A DNA stretch of 64,000 nucleotides from Nemertoderma westbladi (GCA_032718475.1 JAUCBJ010008069.1:56428-120427); one strand, 5' to 3'; positions 38,201 to 53,200 are shown, counted from the first letter of the stretch. A program made the numbers and translations. Notes: generated from the letters alone by a model not told the origin.

Positions 38201-41200
38201 TAGTGGAGAGTGGAACAAGTGTATTTAAGCTCGCAGAGTGAAGAGTTAGTGGAGAGTGGAACAAGTGTATTTAAGCTAGCAGAGTGAAGAGTTAGTGGAG
38301 AGTGGAACAAGTGTGTTTAAGCTAGCAGAGTGAAGAGTTAGTGGAGAGTGGAACAAGTGTATTTAAGCTAGCAGAGTGAAGAGTTAGTGGAGAGTGGAAC
38401 AAGTGTGTTTAAACTAGCAGAGTGAAGAGATAGTGGAGAGTGGAACAAGTGTATTTAAGCTAGCAGAGTGAAGAGTTAGTGGAGAGTGGAACAAGTGTAT
38501 TTAAGCTAGCAGAGTGAAGAGTTAGTGGAGAGTGGAACAAGTGTATTTAAGCTAGCAGAGTGAAGAGTTAGTGGAGAGTGGAACAAGTGTATTTAAGCTC
38601 GCAGAGTGAAGAGTTAGTGGAGAGTGGAACAAGTGTATTTAAGCTAGCAGAGTGAAGAGTTAGTGGAGAGTGGAACAAGTGTGTTTAAGCTAGCAGAGTG
38701 AAGAGTTAGTGGAGAGTGGAACAAGTGTGTTTAAGCTAGCAGAGTGAAGAGTTAGTGGAGAGTGGAACAAGTGTGTTTAAGCTAGCAGAGTGAAGAGTTA
38801 GTGGAGAGTGGAACAAGTGTGTTTAAGCTAGCAGAGTGATGAGTTAGTGGAGAGTGGAACAAGTGTGTTTAAGCTAGCAGAGTGATGAGTTAGTGGAGAG
38901 TGGAACAAGTGTGTTTAAGCTAGCAGAGTGAAGAGTTAGTGGAGAGTGGAACAAGTGTGTTTAAGCTATCAGAGTGAAGAGTTAGTGGAGAGTGGAACAA
39001 GTGTGTTTAAGCTAGCAGAGTGAAGAGTTAGTGGAGAGTGGAACAAGTGTGTTTAAGCTAGCAGAGTGAAGAGTTAGTGGAGAGTGGAACAAGTGTGTTC
39101 TAGCTAGCAGAGTGAAGAGTTAGTGGCGAGTGGAACAAGTGTGTTTAAGCTAGCAGAGTAAAGAGTTAGTGGAGAGTGGAACAAGTGTATTTAAGCTAGC
39201 AGAGTGAAGAATTAGTGGAGAGTGGAACAAGTGTATTTAAGCTAGCAGAGTGAAGAGTTAGTGGAGAGTGGAACAAGTGTATTTAAGCTAACAGAGTGAA
39301 GAGTTAGTGGAGAGTGGAACAAGTGTATTTAAGCAAACAGAGTGAAGAGTTAGTGGAGAGTGGAACAAGTGTATTTAAGCTAGAAGAGTGAAAAGTTAGT
39401 GGAGAGTGGAACAAGTGTATTTAAGCTAGCAGAGTGAAGAGTTAGTGGAGAGTGGAACAAGTGTATTTAAGCTAGCAGAGTGAAGAGTTAGTGGAGAGTG
39501 GAACAAGTGTATTTAAACTAGCAGAGTGAGGAGTTAGTGGAGAGTGGAACAAGTGTGTTTAAGCTAACAGAGTGAAGAGTTAGTGGAGAGTGGAACAAGT
39601 GTGTTTAAGCTAACAGAGTGAAGAGTTAGTGGAGAGTGGAACAAGTGTATTTAAGCTAGCAGAGTGAAGAGTTAGTTGAGAGTGGAACAAGTGTATTTAA
39701 GCTAACAGAGTGAAGAGTTAGTGGAAAGTGGAACAAGTTTGTTTAAGCTAGCAGAGTGAAGAGTTAGTGAGAGTGGAACAAGTGTATTTAAGGTAGCAGA
39801 GTGAAAAGTTAGTGGAGAGTGGAACAAGTGTATTTAAGCTAGCAGAGTGAAGAGTTAGTGGAGAGTGGAACAAGTGTGTTTAAGCTAGCAGAGTGAAGAG
39901 TTAGTGGAGAGTGGAACAAGTGTATTTAAGCTAGCAGAGTGAAGAGTGGAACAAGTGTATTTAAGCTAGCAGAGTGAAGAATTAGTGGAGAGTGGAACAA
40001 GTGTATTTAAGCTAGCAGAGTGAAGAGTTAGTGGAGAGTGGAACAAGTGTATTTAAACTAGCAGAGTGAAGAGTTAGTGGAGAGTGGAACAAGTGTATTT
40101 AAGCTAGCAGAGTGAAGAGTTAGTTGAGAGTGGAACAAGTGTGTTTAAGCTAGCAGAGTGAAGAGTTAGTGGAAAGTGGAACAAGTTTGTTTAAGCTAGC
40201 AGAGTGAAGAGTTAGTGGAGAGTGGAACAAGTGTGTTTAAGCTAGCAGAGTGAAGAGTTAGTTGAGAGTGGAACAAGTGTATTTAAGATAACAGAGTGAA
40301 GAGTTAGTGGCGAGTGGAACAAGTGTATTTAAGCTAGCAGAGTGAAGAGTTAGTGGAGAGTGGAACAAGTGTATTTAAGCTAGCACAGTGAAGAGTTAGT
40401 GGAGAGTGGAACAAGTGTATTTAAGCTAGCAGAGTGAAGAGTTAGTGGAGAGTGGAACAAGTGTATTTAAGCTCGCAGAGTGAAGAGTTAGTGGAGAGTG
40501 GAACAAGTGTATTTAAGCTAGCAGAGTGAAGAGTTAGTGGAGAGTGGAACAAGTGTGTTTAAGCTAGCAGAGTGAAGAGTTAGTGGAGAGTGGAACAAGT
40601 GTATTTAAGCTAGCAGAGTGAAGAGTTAGTGGAGAGTGGAACAAGTGTATTTAAGCTAGCAGAGTGAAGAGTTAGTGGAGAGTGGAACAAGTGTATTTAA
40701 GCTAGCAGAGTGAAGAGTTAGTGGAGAGTGGAACAAGTGTATTTAAGCTCGCAGAGTGAAGAGTTAGTGGAGAGTGGAACAAGTGTATTTAAGCTAGCAG
40801 AGTGAAGAGTTAGTGGAGAGTGGAACAAGTGTGTTTAAGCTAGCAGAGTGAAGAGTTAGTGGAGAGTGGAACAAGTGTATTTAAGCTAGCAGAGTGAAGA
40901 GTTAGTGGAGAGTGGAACAAGTGTGTTTAAACTAGCAGAGTGAAGAGATAGTGGAGAGTGGAACAAGTGTATTTAAGCTAGCAGAGTGAAGAGTTAGTGG
41001 AGAGTGGAACAAGTGTATTTAAGCTAGCAGAGTGAAGAGTTAGTGGAGAGTGGAACAAGTGTATTTAAGCTAGCAGAGTGAAGAGTTAGTGGAGAGTGGA
41101 ACAAGTGTATTTAAGCTCGCAGAGTGAAGAGTTAGTGGAGAGTGGAACAAGTGTATTTAAGCTAGCAGAGTGAAGAGTTAGTGGAGAGTGGAACAAGTGT

Positions 41201-44200
41201 GTTTAAGCTAGCAGAGTGAAGAGTTAGTGGAGAGTGGAACAAGTGTGTTTAAGCTAGCAGAGTGAAGAGTTAGTGGAGAGTGGAACAAGTGTGTTTAAGC
41301 TAGCAGAGTGAAGAGTTAGTGGAGAGTGGAACAAGTGTGTTTAAGCTAGCAGAGTGATGAGTTAGTGGAGAGTGGAACAAGTGTGTTTAAGCTAGCAGAG
41401 TGATGAGTTAGTGGAGAGTGGAACAAGTGTGTTTAAGCTAGCAGAGTGAAGAGTTAGTGGAGAGTGGAACAAGTGTGTTTAAGCTATCAGAGTGAAGAGT
41501 TAGTGGAGAGTGGAACAAGTGTGTTTAAGCTAGCAGAGTGAAGAGTTAGTGGAGAGTGGAACAAGTGTGTTTAAGCTAGCAGAGTGAAGAGTTAGTGGAG
41601 AGTGGAACAAGTGTGTTCTAGCTAGCACAGTGAAGAGTTAGTGGCGAGTGGAACAAGTGTGTTTAAGCTAGCAGAGTAAAGAGTTAGTGGAGAGTGGAAC
41701 AAGTGTATTTAAGCTAGCAGAGTGAAGAATTAGTGGAGAGTGGAACAAGTGTATTTAAGCTAGCAGAGTGAAGAGTTAGTGGAGAGTGGAACAAGTGTAT
41801 TTAAGCTAACAGAGTGAAGAGTTAGTGGAGAGTGGAACAAGTGTATTTAAGCAAACAGAGTGAAGAGTTAGTGGAGAGTGGAACAAGTGTATTTAAGCTA
41901 GAAGAGTGAAAAGTTAGTGGAGAGTGGAACAAGTGTATTTAAGCTAGCAGAGTGAAGAGTTAGTGGAGAGTGGAACAGGTGTATTTAAGCTAGCAGAGTG
42001 AAGAGTTAGTGGAGAGTGGAACAAGTGTATTTAAACTAGCAGAGTGAGGAGTTAGTGGAGAGTGGAACAAGTGTGTTTAAGCTAACAGAGTGAAGAGTTA
42101 GTGGAGAGTGGAACAAGTGTGTTTAAGCTAACAGAGTGAAGAGTTAGTGGAGAGTGGAACAAGTGTATTTAAGCTAGCAGAGTGAAGAGTTAGTTGAGAG
42201 TGGAACAAGTGTATTTAAGCTAACAGAGTGAAGAGTTAGTGGAAAGTGGAACAAGTTTGTTTAAGCTAGCAGAGTGAAGAGTTAGTGAGAGTGGAACAAG
42301 TGTATTTAAGGTAGCAGAGTGAAAAGTTAGTGGAGAGTGGAACAAGTGTATTTAAGCTAGCAGAGTGAAGAGTTAGTGGAGAGTGGAACAAGTGTGTTTA
42401 AGCTAGCAGAGTGAAGAGTTAGTGGAGAGTGGAACAAGTGTATTTAAGCTAGCAGAGTGAAGAGTGGAACAAGTGTATTTAAGCTAGCAGAGTGAAGAAT
42501 TAGTGGAGAGTGGAACAAGTGTATTTAAGCTAGCAGAGTGAAGAGTTAGTGGAGAGTGGAACAAGTGTATTTAAACTAGCAGAGTGAAGAGTTAGTGGAG
42601 AGTGGAACAAGTGTATTTAAGCTAGCAGAGTGAAGAGTTAGTTGAGAGTGGAACAAGTGTGTTTAAGCTAGCAGAGTGAAGAGTTAGTGGAAAGTGGAAC
42701 AAGTTTGTTTAAGCTAGCAGAGTGAAGAGTTAGTGGAGAGTGGAACAAGTGTGTTTAAGCTAGCAGAGTGAAGAGTTAGTTGAGAGTGGAACAAGTGTAT
42801 TTAAGATAGCAGAGTGAAGAGTTAGTGGCGAGTGGAACAAGTGTATTTAAGCTAGCAGAGTGAAGAGTTAGTGGAGAGTGGAACAAGTGTATTTAAGCTA
42901 ACAGAGTGAAGAGTTAGTGGAGAGTGGAACAAGTGTATTTAAGCTAGCAGAGTGAAGAGTTAGTGGAGAGTGGAACAAGTGTATTTAAGCTAGCAGAGTG
43001 AAGAGTTAGTGGAGAGTGGAACAAGTGTATTTAAGCTAGCAGAGTGAAGAGTTAGTGGAGAGTGGAACAAGTGTATTTAAGCTAGCAGAGTGAAGAATTA
43101 GTGGAGAGTGGAACAAGTGTATTTAAGCTAGCAGAGTGAAGAGTTAGTGGAGAGTGGAACAAGTGTATTTAAACTAGCAGAGTGAAGAGTTAGTGGAGAG
43201 TGGAACAAGTGTATTTAAGCTAGCAGAGTGAAGAGTTAGTGGAGAGTGGAACAAGTGTATTTAAACTAGCAGAGTGAGGAGTTAGTGGAGAGTGGAACAA
43301 GTGTGTTTAAGCTAACAGAGTGAAGAGTTAGTGGAGAGTGGAACAAGTGTGTTTAAGCTAACAGAGTGAAGAGTTAGTGGAGAGTGGAACAAGTGTATTT
43401 AAGCTAGCAGAGTGAAGAGTTAGTTGAGAGTGGAACAAGTGTATTTAAGCTAACAGAGTGAAGAGTTAGTGGAAAGTGGAACAAGTTTGTTTAAGCTAGC
43501 AGAGTGAAGAGTTAGTGAGAGTGGAACAAGTGTATTTAAGGTAGCAGAGTGAAAAGTTAGTGGAGAGTGGAACAAGTGTATTTAAGCTAGCAGAGTGAAG
43601 AGTTAGTGGAGAGTGGAACAAGTGTGTTTAAGCTAGCAGAGTGAAGAGTTAGTGGAGAGTGGAACAAGTGTATTTAAGCTAGCAGAGTGAAGAGTGGAAC
43701 AAGTGTATTTAAGCTAGCAGAGTGAAGAATTAGTGGAGAGTGGAACAAGTGTATTTAAGCTAGCAGAGTGAAGAGTTAGTGGAGAGTGGAACAAGTGTAT
43801 TTAAACTAGCAGAGTGAAGAGTTAGTGGAGAGTGGAACAAGTGTATTTAAGCTAGCAGAGTGAAGAGTTAGTTGAGAGTGGAACAAGTGTGTTTAAGCTA
43901 GCAGAGTGAAGAGTTAGTGGAAAGTGGAACAAGTTTGTTTAAGCTAGCAGAGTGAAGAGTTAGTGGAGAGTGGAACAAGTGTGTTTAAGCTAGCAGAGTG
44001 AAGAGTTAGTTGAGAGTGGAACAAGTGTATTTAAGATAACAGAGTGAAGAGTTAGTGGCGAGTGGAACAAGTGTATTTAAGCTAGCAGAGTGAAGAGTTA
44101 GTGGAGAGTGGAACAAGTGTATTTAAGCTAACAGAGTGAAGAGTTAGTGGAGAGTGGAACAAGTGTATTTAAGCTAGCAGAGTGAAGAGTTAGTGGAGAG

Positions 44201-47200
44201 TGGAACAAGTGTATTTAAGCTAGCAGAGTGAAGAGTTAGTGGAGAGTGGAACAAGTGTATTTAAGCTAGCAGAGTGAAGAGTTAGTGGAGAGTGGAACAA
44301 GTGTATTTAAGCTAGCAGAGTGAAGAATTAGTGGAGAGTGGAACAAGTGTATTTAAGCTAGCAGAGTGAAGAGTTAGTGGAGAGTGGAACAAGTGTATTT
44401 AAACTAGCAGAGTGAAGAGTTAGTGGAGAGTGGAACAAGTGTATTTAAGCTAGCAGAGTGAAGAGTTAGTGGAGAGTGGAACAAGTGTATTTAATCTAAC
44501 AGAGTGAAGAGTTAGTGGCGAGTGGAACAAGTGTGTTTAAGCTAGCAGAGTAAAGAGTTAGTGGAGAGTGGAACAAGTGTATTTAAGCTAGCAGAGTGAA
44601 GAATTAGTGGAGAGTGGAACAAGTGTATTTAAGCTAGCAGAGTGAAGAGTTAGTGGAGAGTGGAACAAGTGTATTTAAGCTAACAGAGTGAAGAGTTAGT
44701 GGAGAGTGGAACAAGTGTATTTAAGCAAACAGAGTGAAGAGTTAGTGGAGAGTGGAACAAGTGTATTTAAGCTAGAAGAGTGAAAAGTTAGTGGAGAGTG
44801 GAACAAGTGTATTTAAGCTAGCAGAGTGAAGAGTTAGTGGAGAGTGGAACAAGTGTATTTAAGCTAGCAGAGTGAAGAGTTAGTGGAGAGTGGAACAAGT
44901 GTATTTAAACTAGCAGAGTGAAGAGTTAGTGGAGAGTGGAACAAGTGTGTTTAAGCTAACAGAGTGAAGAGTTAGTGGAGAGTGGAACAAGTGTGTTTAA
45001 GCTAGCAGAGTGAAGAGTTAGTGGAGAGTGGAACAAGTGTGTTTAAGCTAGCAGAGTGAAGAGTTAGTGGAAAGTAGAACAAGTGTGTTTAAGCTAGCAG
45101 AGTGAAGAGTTAGTGAGAGTGGAACAAGTGTATTTAAGCTAGCAGAGTGAAGAGTTATTGAATAGTGGAACAAGTGTATTTAAGCTAGCAGAGTGAAGAG
45201 TTAGTGAGAGTGGAACAAGTGTATTTAAGCTAGCAGAGTGAAGAGTTAGTGGAGAGTGGAACAAGTGTATTTAAGCTAGCAGAGTGAAGAGTTAGTGGAG
45301 AGCGGAACAAGTGTATTTAAGCTAACAGAGTGAAGAGTTAGTGGAGAGTGGAACAAGTGTGTTTAAGCTAGCAGAGTGAAGAGTTAGTTGAGAGTGGAAC
45401 AAGTGTATTTAAGCTAACAGAGTGAAGAGTTAGTGGCGAGTGGAACAAGTGTATTTAAGCTAGCAGAGTGAAGAGTTAGTGGAGAGTGGAACAAGTGTAT
45501 TTAAGCTAAAAGAGTGAAGAGTTAGTGGAGAGTGGAACAAGTGTATTTAAGCTAGCAGAGTGAAGAGTTAGTGGAGAGTGGAACAAGTGTATTTAAGCTA
45601 GCAGAGTGAAGAGTTAGTGGAGAGTGGAACAAGTGTATTTAAGCTAGCAGAGTGAAGAGTTAGTGGAGAGTGGAACAAGTGTATTTAAACTAGCAGAGTG
45701 AAGAGTTAGTGGAGAGTGGAACAAGTGTGTTTAAACTAGCAGAGTGAAGAGATAGTGGAGAGTGGAACAAGTGTATTTAAACTAGCAGAGTGAAGAGTTA
45801 GTGGAGAGTGGAACAAGTGTGTTTAAGCTAACAGAGTGAAGAGTTAGTGGAGAGTGGAACAAGTGTGTTTAAGCTAGCAGAGTGAAGAGTTAGTGGAGAG
45901 TGGAACAAGTGTATTTAAGCTAGCAGAGTGAAGAGTTAGTGGAGAGTGGAACAAGTGTATTTAAGCTAACAGAGTGAAGAGTTAGTGGAGAGTGGAACAA
46001 GTGTATTTAAGCTAGCAGAGTGAAGAGTTAGTGGAGAGTGGAACAAGTGTATTTAAGCTAGCAGAGTGAAGAGTTAGTGGTGAGTGGAACAAGTGTATTT
46101 AAGCTCGCAGAGTGAAGAGTTAGTGGAGAGTGGAACAAGTGTATTTAAGCTAGCAGAGTGAAGAGTTAGTGGAGAGTGGAACAAGTGTGTTTAAGCTAGC
46201 AGAGTGAAGAGTTAGTGGAGAGTGGAACAAGTGTATTTAAGCTAGCAGAGTGAAGAGTTAGTGGAGAGTGGAACAAGTGTATTTAAGCTAGCAGAGTGAA
46301 GAGTTAGTGGAGAGTGGAACAAGTGTATTTAAGCTAGCAGAGTGAAGAGTTAGTGGAGAGTGGAACAAGTGTATTTAAGCTCGCAGAGTGAAGAGTTAGT
46401 GGAGAGTGGAACAAGTGTATTTAAGCTAGCAGAGTGAAGAGTTAGTGGAGAGTGGAACAAGTGTGTTTAAGCTAGCAGAGTGAAGAGTTAGTGGAGAGTG
46501 GAACAAGTGTATTTAAGCTAGCAGAGTGAAGAGTTAGTGGAGAGTGGAACAAGTGTGTTTAAACTAGCAGAGTGAAGAGATAGTGGAGAGTGGAACAAGT
46601 GTATTTAAGCTAGCAGAGTGAAGAGTTAGTGGAGAGTGGAACAAGTGTATTTAAGCTAGCAGAGTGAAGAGTTAGTGGAGAGTGGAACAAGTGTATTTAA
46701 GCTAGCAGAGTGAAGAGTTAGTGGAGAGTGGAACAAGTGTATTTAAGCTCGCAGAGTGAAGAGTTAGTGGAGAGTGGAACAAGTGTATTTAAGCTAGCAG
46801 AGTGAAGAGTTAGTGGAGAGTGGAACAAGTGTGTTTAAGCTAGCAGAGTGAAGAGTTAGTGGAGAGTGGAACAAGTGTATTTAAGCTAGCAGAGTGAAGA
46901 GTTAGTGGAGAGTGGAACAAGTGTATTTAAACTAGCAGAGTGAAGAGTTAGTGGAGAGTGGAACAAGTGTATTTAAGCTAGCAGAGTGAAGAGTTAGTTG
47001 AGAGTGGAACAAGTGTGTTTAAGCTAGCAGAGTGAAGAGTTAGTGGAAAGTGGAACAAGTTTGTTTAAGCTAGCAGAGTGAAGAGTTAGTGGAGAGTGGA
47101 ACAAGTGTGTTTAAGCTAGCAGAGTGAAGAGTTAGTTGAGAGTGGAACAAGTGTATTTAAGATAACAGAGTGAAGAGTTAGTGGCGAGTGGAACAAGTGT

Positions 47201-50200
47201 ATTTAAGCTAGCAGAGTGAAGAGTTAGTGGAGAGTGGAACAAGTGTATTTAAGCTAACAGAGTGAAGAGTTAGTGGAGAGTGGAACAAGTGTATTTAAGC
47301 TAGCAGAGTGAAGAGTTAGTGGAGAGTGGAACAAGTGTATTTAAGCTAGCAGAGTGAAGAGTTAGTGGAGAGTGGAACAAGTGTATTTAAGCTAGCAGAG
47401 TGAAGAGTTAGTGGAGAGTGGAACAAGTGTATTTAAGCTAGCAGAGTGAAGAATTAGTGGAGAGTGGAACAAGTGTATTTAAGCTAGCAGAGTGAAGAGT
47501 TAGTGGAGAGTGGAACAAGTGTATTTAAACTAGCAGAGTGAAGAGTTAGTGGAGAGTGGAACAAGTGTATTTAAGCTAGCAGAGTGAAGAGTTAGTGGAG
47601 AGTGGAACAAGTGTATTTAATCTAACAGAGTGAAGAGTTAGTGGCGAGTGGAACAAGTGTGTTTAAGCTAGCAGAGTAAAGAGTTAGTGGAGAGTGGAAC
47701 AAGTGTATTTAAGCTAGCAGAGTGAAGAATTAGTGGAGAGTGGAACAAGTGTATTTAAGCTAGCAGAGTGAAGAGTTAGTGGAGAGTGGAACAAGTGTAT
47801 TTAAGCTAACAGAGTGAAGAGTTAGTGGAGAGTGGAACAAGTGTATTTAAGCAAACAGAGTGAAGAGTTAGTGGAGAGTGGAACAAGTGTATTTAAGCTA
47901 GAAGAGTGAAAAGTTAGTGGAGAGTGGAACAAGTGTATTTAAGCTAGCAGAGTGAAGAGTTAGTGGAGAGTGGAACAAGTGTATTTAAGCTAGCAGAGTG
48001 AAGAGTTAGTGGAGAGTGGAACAAGTGTATTTAAACTAGCAGAGTGAAGAGTTAGTGGAGAGTGGAACAAGTGTGTTTAAGCTAACAGAGTGAAGAGTTA
48101 GTGGAGAGTGGAACAAGTGTGTTTAAGCTAGCAGAGTGAAGAGTTAGTGGAGAGTGGAACAAGTGTGTTTAAGCTAGCAGAGTGAAGAGTTAGTGGAAAG
48201 TAGAACAAGTGTGTTTAAGCTAGCAGAGTGAAGAGTTAGTGAGAGTGGAACAAGTGTATTTAAGCTAGCAGAGTGAAGAGTTATTGAATAGTGGAACAAG
48301 TGTATTTAAGCTAGCAGAGTGAAGAGTTAGTGAGAGTGGAACAAGTGTATTTAAGCTAGCAGAGTGAAGAGTTAGTGGAGAGTGGAACAAGTGTATTTAA
48401 GCTAGCAGAGTGAAGAGTTAGTGGAGAGCGGAACAAGTGTATTTAAGCTAACAGAGTGAAGAGTTAGTGGAGAGTGGAACAAGTGTGTTTAAGCTAGCAG
48501 AGTGAAGAGTTAGTTGAGAGTGGAACAAGTGTATTTAAGCTAACAGAGTGAAGAGTTAGTGGCGAGTGGAACAAGTGTATTTAAGCTAGCAGAGTGAAGA
48601 GTTAGTGGAGAGTGGAACAAGTGTATTTAAGCTAAAAGAGTGAAGAGTTAGTGGAGAGTGGAACAAGTGTATTTAAGCTAGCAGAGTGAAGAGTTAGTGG
48701 AGAGTGGAACAAGTGTATTTAAGCTAGCAGAGTGAAGAGTTAGTGGAGAGTGGAACAAGTGTATTTAAGCTAGCAGAGTGAAGAGTTAGTGGAGAGTGGA
48801 ACAAGTGTATTTAAACTAGCAGAGTGAAGAGTTAGTGGAGAGTGGAACAAGTGTGTTTAAACTAGCAGAGTGAAGAGATAGTGGAGAGTGGAACAAGTGT
48901 ATTTAAACTAGCAGAGTGAAGAGTTAGTGGAGAGTGGAACAAGTGTGTTTAAGCTAACAGAGTGAAGAGTTAGTGGAGAGTGGAACAAGTGTGTTTAAGC
49001 TAGCAGAGTGAAGAGTTAGTGGAGAGTGGAACAAGTGTATTTAAGCTAGCAGAGTGAAGAGTTAGTGGAGAGTGGAACAAGTGTATTTAAGCTAACAGAG
49101 TGAAGAGTTAGTGGAGAGTGGAACAAGTGTATTTAAGCTAGCAGAGTGAAGAGTTAGTGGAGAGTGGAACAAGTGTATTTAAGCTAGCAGAGTGAAGAGT
49201 TAGTGGTGAGTGGAACAAGTGTATTTAAGCTCGCAGAGTGAAGAGTTAGTGGAGAGTGGAACAAGTGTATTTAAGCTAGCAGAGTGAAGAGTTAGTGGAG
49301 AGTGGAACAAGTGTGTTTAAGCTAGCAGAGTGAAGAGTTAGTGGAGAGTGGAACAAGTGTATTTAAGCTAGCAGAGTGAAGAGTTAGTGGAGAGTGGAAC
49401 AAGTGTATTTAAGCTAGCAGAGTGAAGAGTTAGTGGAGAGTGGAACAAGTGTATTTAAGCTAGCAGAGTGAAGAGTTAGTGGAGAGTGGAACAAGTGTAT
49501 TTAAGCTCGCAGAGTGAAGAGTTAGTGGAGAGTGGAACAAGTGTATTTAAGCTAGCAGAGTGAAGAGTTAGTGGAGAGTGGAACAAGTGTGTTTAAGCTA
49601 GCAGAGTGAAGAGTTAGTGGAGAGTGGAACAAGTGTATTTAAGCTAGCAGAGTGAAGAGTTAGTGGAGAGTGGAACAAGTGTGTTTAAACTAGCAGAGTG
49701 AAGAGATAGTGGAGAGTGGAACAAGTGTATTTAAGCTAGCAGAGTGAAGAGTTAGTGGAGAGTGGAACAAGTGTATTTAAGCTAGCAGAGTGAAGAGTTA
49801 GTGGAGAGTGGAACAAGTGTATTTAAGCTAGCAGAGTGAAGAGTTAGTGGAGAGTGGAACAAGTGTATTTAAGCTCGCAGAGTGAAGAGTTAGTGGAGAG
49901 TGGAACAAGTGTATTTAAGCTAGCAGAGTGAAGAGTTAGTGGAGAGTGGAACAAGTGTGTTTAAGCTAGCAGAGTGAAGAGTTAGTGGAGAGTGGAACAA
50001 GTGTATTTAAGCTAGCAGAGTGAAGAGTTAGTGGAGAGTGGAACAAGTGTGTTTAAACTAGCAGAGTGAAGAGATAGTGGAGAGTGGAACAAGTGTATTT
50101 AAACTAGCAGAGTGAAGAGTTAGTGGAGAGTGGAACAAGTGTGTTTAAGCTAACAGAGTGAAGAGTTAGTGGAGAGTGGAACAAGTGTGTTTAAGCTAGC

Positions 50201-53200
50201 AGAGTGAAGAGTTAGTGGAGAGTGGAACAAGTGTATTTAAGCTAGCAGAGTGAAGAGTTAGTGGAGAGTGGAACAAGTGTATTTAAGCTAACAGAGTGAA
50301 GAGTTAGTGGAGAGTGGAACAAGTGTATTTAAGCTAGCAGAGTGAAGAGTTAGTGGAGAGTGGAACAAGTGTATTTAAGCTAGCAGAGTGAAGAGTTAGT
50401 GGAGAGTGGAACAAGTGTATTTAAGCTAGCAGAGTGAAGAGTTAGTGGAGAGTGGAACAAGTGTGTTTAAGCTAGCAGAGTGAAGAGTTAGTGGAGAGTG
50501 GAACAAGTGTATTTAAGCTAGCAGAGTGAAGAGTTAGTGGAGAGTGGAACAAGTGTATTTAAACTAGCACAGTGAAGAGTTAGTGGAGAGTGGAACAAGT
50601 GTGTTTAAGCTAACAGAGTGAAGAGTTAGTGGAGAGTGGAACAAGTGTGTTTAAGCTAGCAGAGTGAAGAGTTAGTGGAGAGTGGAACAAGTGTGTTTAA
50701 GCTAGCAGAGTGAAGAGTTAGTGGAAAGTGGAACAAGTGTGTTTAAGCTAGCAGAGTGAAGAGTTAGTGAGAGTGGAACAAGTGTATTTAAGCTAGCAGA
50801 GTGAAGAGTTAGTGGAGAGTGGAACAAGTGTATTTAAGCTAGCAGAGTGAAGAGTTAGTGGAGAGTGGAACAAGTGCAATTAAGCTAACAGAGTGAAGAG
50901 TTAGTGGGGAGTGGAACAAGTGTGTTTAAGCTAGCAGAGTGAAGAGTTAGTTGAGAGTGGAACAAGTGTATTTAAGCTAACAGAGTGAAGAGTTAGTGGA
51001 GAGTGGAACAAGTGTGTTTAAGCTAGCAGAGTGAAGAGTTAGTGGAAAGTGGAACAAGTGTGTTTAAGCTAGCAGAGTGAAGAGTTAGTGAGAGTGGAAC
51101 AAGTGTATTTAAGCTAGCAGAGTGAAAAGTTAGTGGAGAGTGGAACAAGTGTATTTAAGCTAGCAGAGTGAAGAGTTAGTGGAGAGTGGAACAAGTGTAT
51201 TTAAGCTAACAGAGTGAAGAGTTAGTGGCGAGTGGAACAAGTGTGTTTAAGATAGCAGAGTAAAGAGTTAGTGGAGAGTGGAACAAGTGTATTTAAGCTA
51301 ACAGAGTGAAGAGTTAGTGGAGAGTGGAACAAGTGTATTTAAGCTAACAGAGTGAAGAGTTAGTGGAGAGTGGAACAAGTGTATTCAAGCAAACAGAGTG
51401 AAGAGTTAGTGGAGAGTGGAACAAGTGTATTTAAGCTAGAAGAGTGAAAAGTTAGTGGAGAGTGGAACAAGTGTATTTAAGCTAGCAGAGTGAAGAGTTA
51501 GTGGAGAGTGGAACAAGTGTATTTAAGCTAGCAGAGTGAAGAGTTAGTGGAGAGTGGAACAAGTGTGTATAAGCTAGCAGAGTGAAGAGTTAGTGGAGAG
51601 TGGAACAAGTGTGTTTAAGCTAGCAGAGTGAAGAGTTAGTGGAGAGTGGAACAAGTGTATTTAAACTAGCAGAGTGAAGAGTTAGTGGAGAGTGGAACAA
51701 GTGTGTTTAAGCTAACAGAGTGAAGAGTTAGTGGAGAGTGGAACAAGTGTGTTTAAGCTAGCAGAGTGAAGAGTTAGTGGAGAGTGGAAGAAGTGTATTT
51801 AAGCTAACAGAGTGAAGAGTTTGTAGAGAGTGGAACAAGTGTATTTAAGCTAGCAGAGTGAAGAGTTAGTGGAGAGTGGAACAAGTGTGTTTAAGCTAGC
51901 AGAGTGAAGAGTTAGTGGAGAGTGGAACAAGTGTATTTAAGCTAGCAGAGTGAAGAGTTAGTGGAGAGTGGAACAAGTGTATTTAAGCTAGCAGAGTGAA
52001 GAGTTAGTGGAGAGTGGAACAAGTGTATTTAAGCTAGCAGAGTGAAGAGTTAGTGGAGAGTGGAACAAGTGTGTTTAAGCTAGCAGAGTGAAGAGTTAGT
52101 GGAGAGTGGAACAAGTGTATTTAAGCTAGCAGAGTGAAGAGTTAGTGGAGAGTGGAACAAGTGTATTTAAGCTAGCAGAGTGAAGAGTTAGTGGAGAGTG
52201 GAACAAGTGTATTTAAGCTAACAGAGTGAAGAGTTAGTGGAGAGTGGAACAAGTGTTTTTAAGCTAGCAGAGTGAAGAGTTAGTGGAGAGTGGAACAAGT
52301 GTGTTTAAGCTAGCAGAGTGAAGAGTTAGTGGAAAGTGGAACAAGTGTGTTTAAGCTAGCAGAGTGAAGAGTTAGTGGAGAGTGGAACATGTGTATTTAA
52401 GCTAACAGAGTGAAGAGTTAGTGGAGAGTGGAACAAGTGTATTTAAGCTAGCAGAGTGAAGAGTTAGTGGAGAGTGGAACAAGTGTATTTAAGCTAACAG
52501 AGTGAAGTGTTAGTAGAGAGTGGAACAAGTGTATTTAAGCTAGCAGAGTGAAGAGTTAGGGGAGAGTGGAACAAGTGTGTTTAAGATAGCAGAGTGAAGA
52601 GTTAGTGGAAAGTGGAACAAGTGTGTTTAAGCTAGCAGAGTGAAGAGTTAGTGAGAGTGGAACAAGTGTATTTAAGCTAGCAGAGTGAAGAGTTAGTGGA
52701 GAGTGGAACAAGTGTATTTAAGCTAGCAGAGTGAAGAGTTAGTGGAGAGTGGAACAAGTGCAATTAAGCTAACAGAGTGAAGAGTTAGTGGGGAGTGGAA
52801 CAAGTGTGTTTAAGCTAGCAGAGTGAAGAGTTAGTTGAGAGTGGAACACGTGTATTTAAGCTAACAGAGTGAAGAGTTAGTGGAGAGTGGAACAAGTGTG
52901 TTTAAGCTAGCAGAGTGAAGAGTTAGTGGAAAGTGGAACAAGTGTGTTTAAGCTAGCAGAGTGAAGAGTTAGTGAGAGTGGAACAAGTGTATTTAAGCTA
53001 GCAGAGTGAAAAGTTAGTGGAGAGTAGAACATGTGTATTTAAGCTAGCAGAGTGAAGAGTTAGTGGAGAGTGGAACAAGTGTATTTAAGCTAACAGAGTG
53101 AAGAGTTAGTGGCGAGTGGAACAAGTGTGTTTAAGATAGCAGAGTAAAGAGTTAGTGGAGAGTGGAACAAGTGTATTTAAGCTAACAGAGTGAAGAGTTA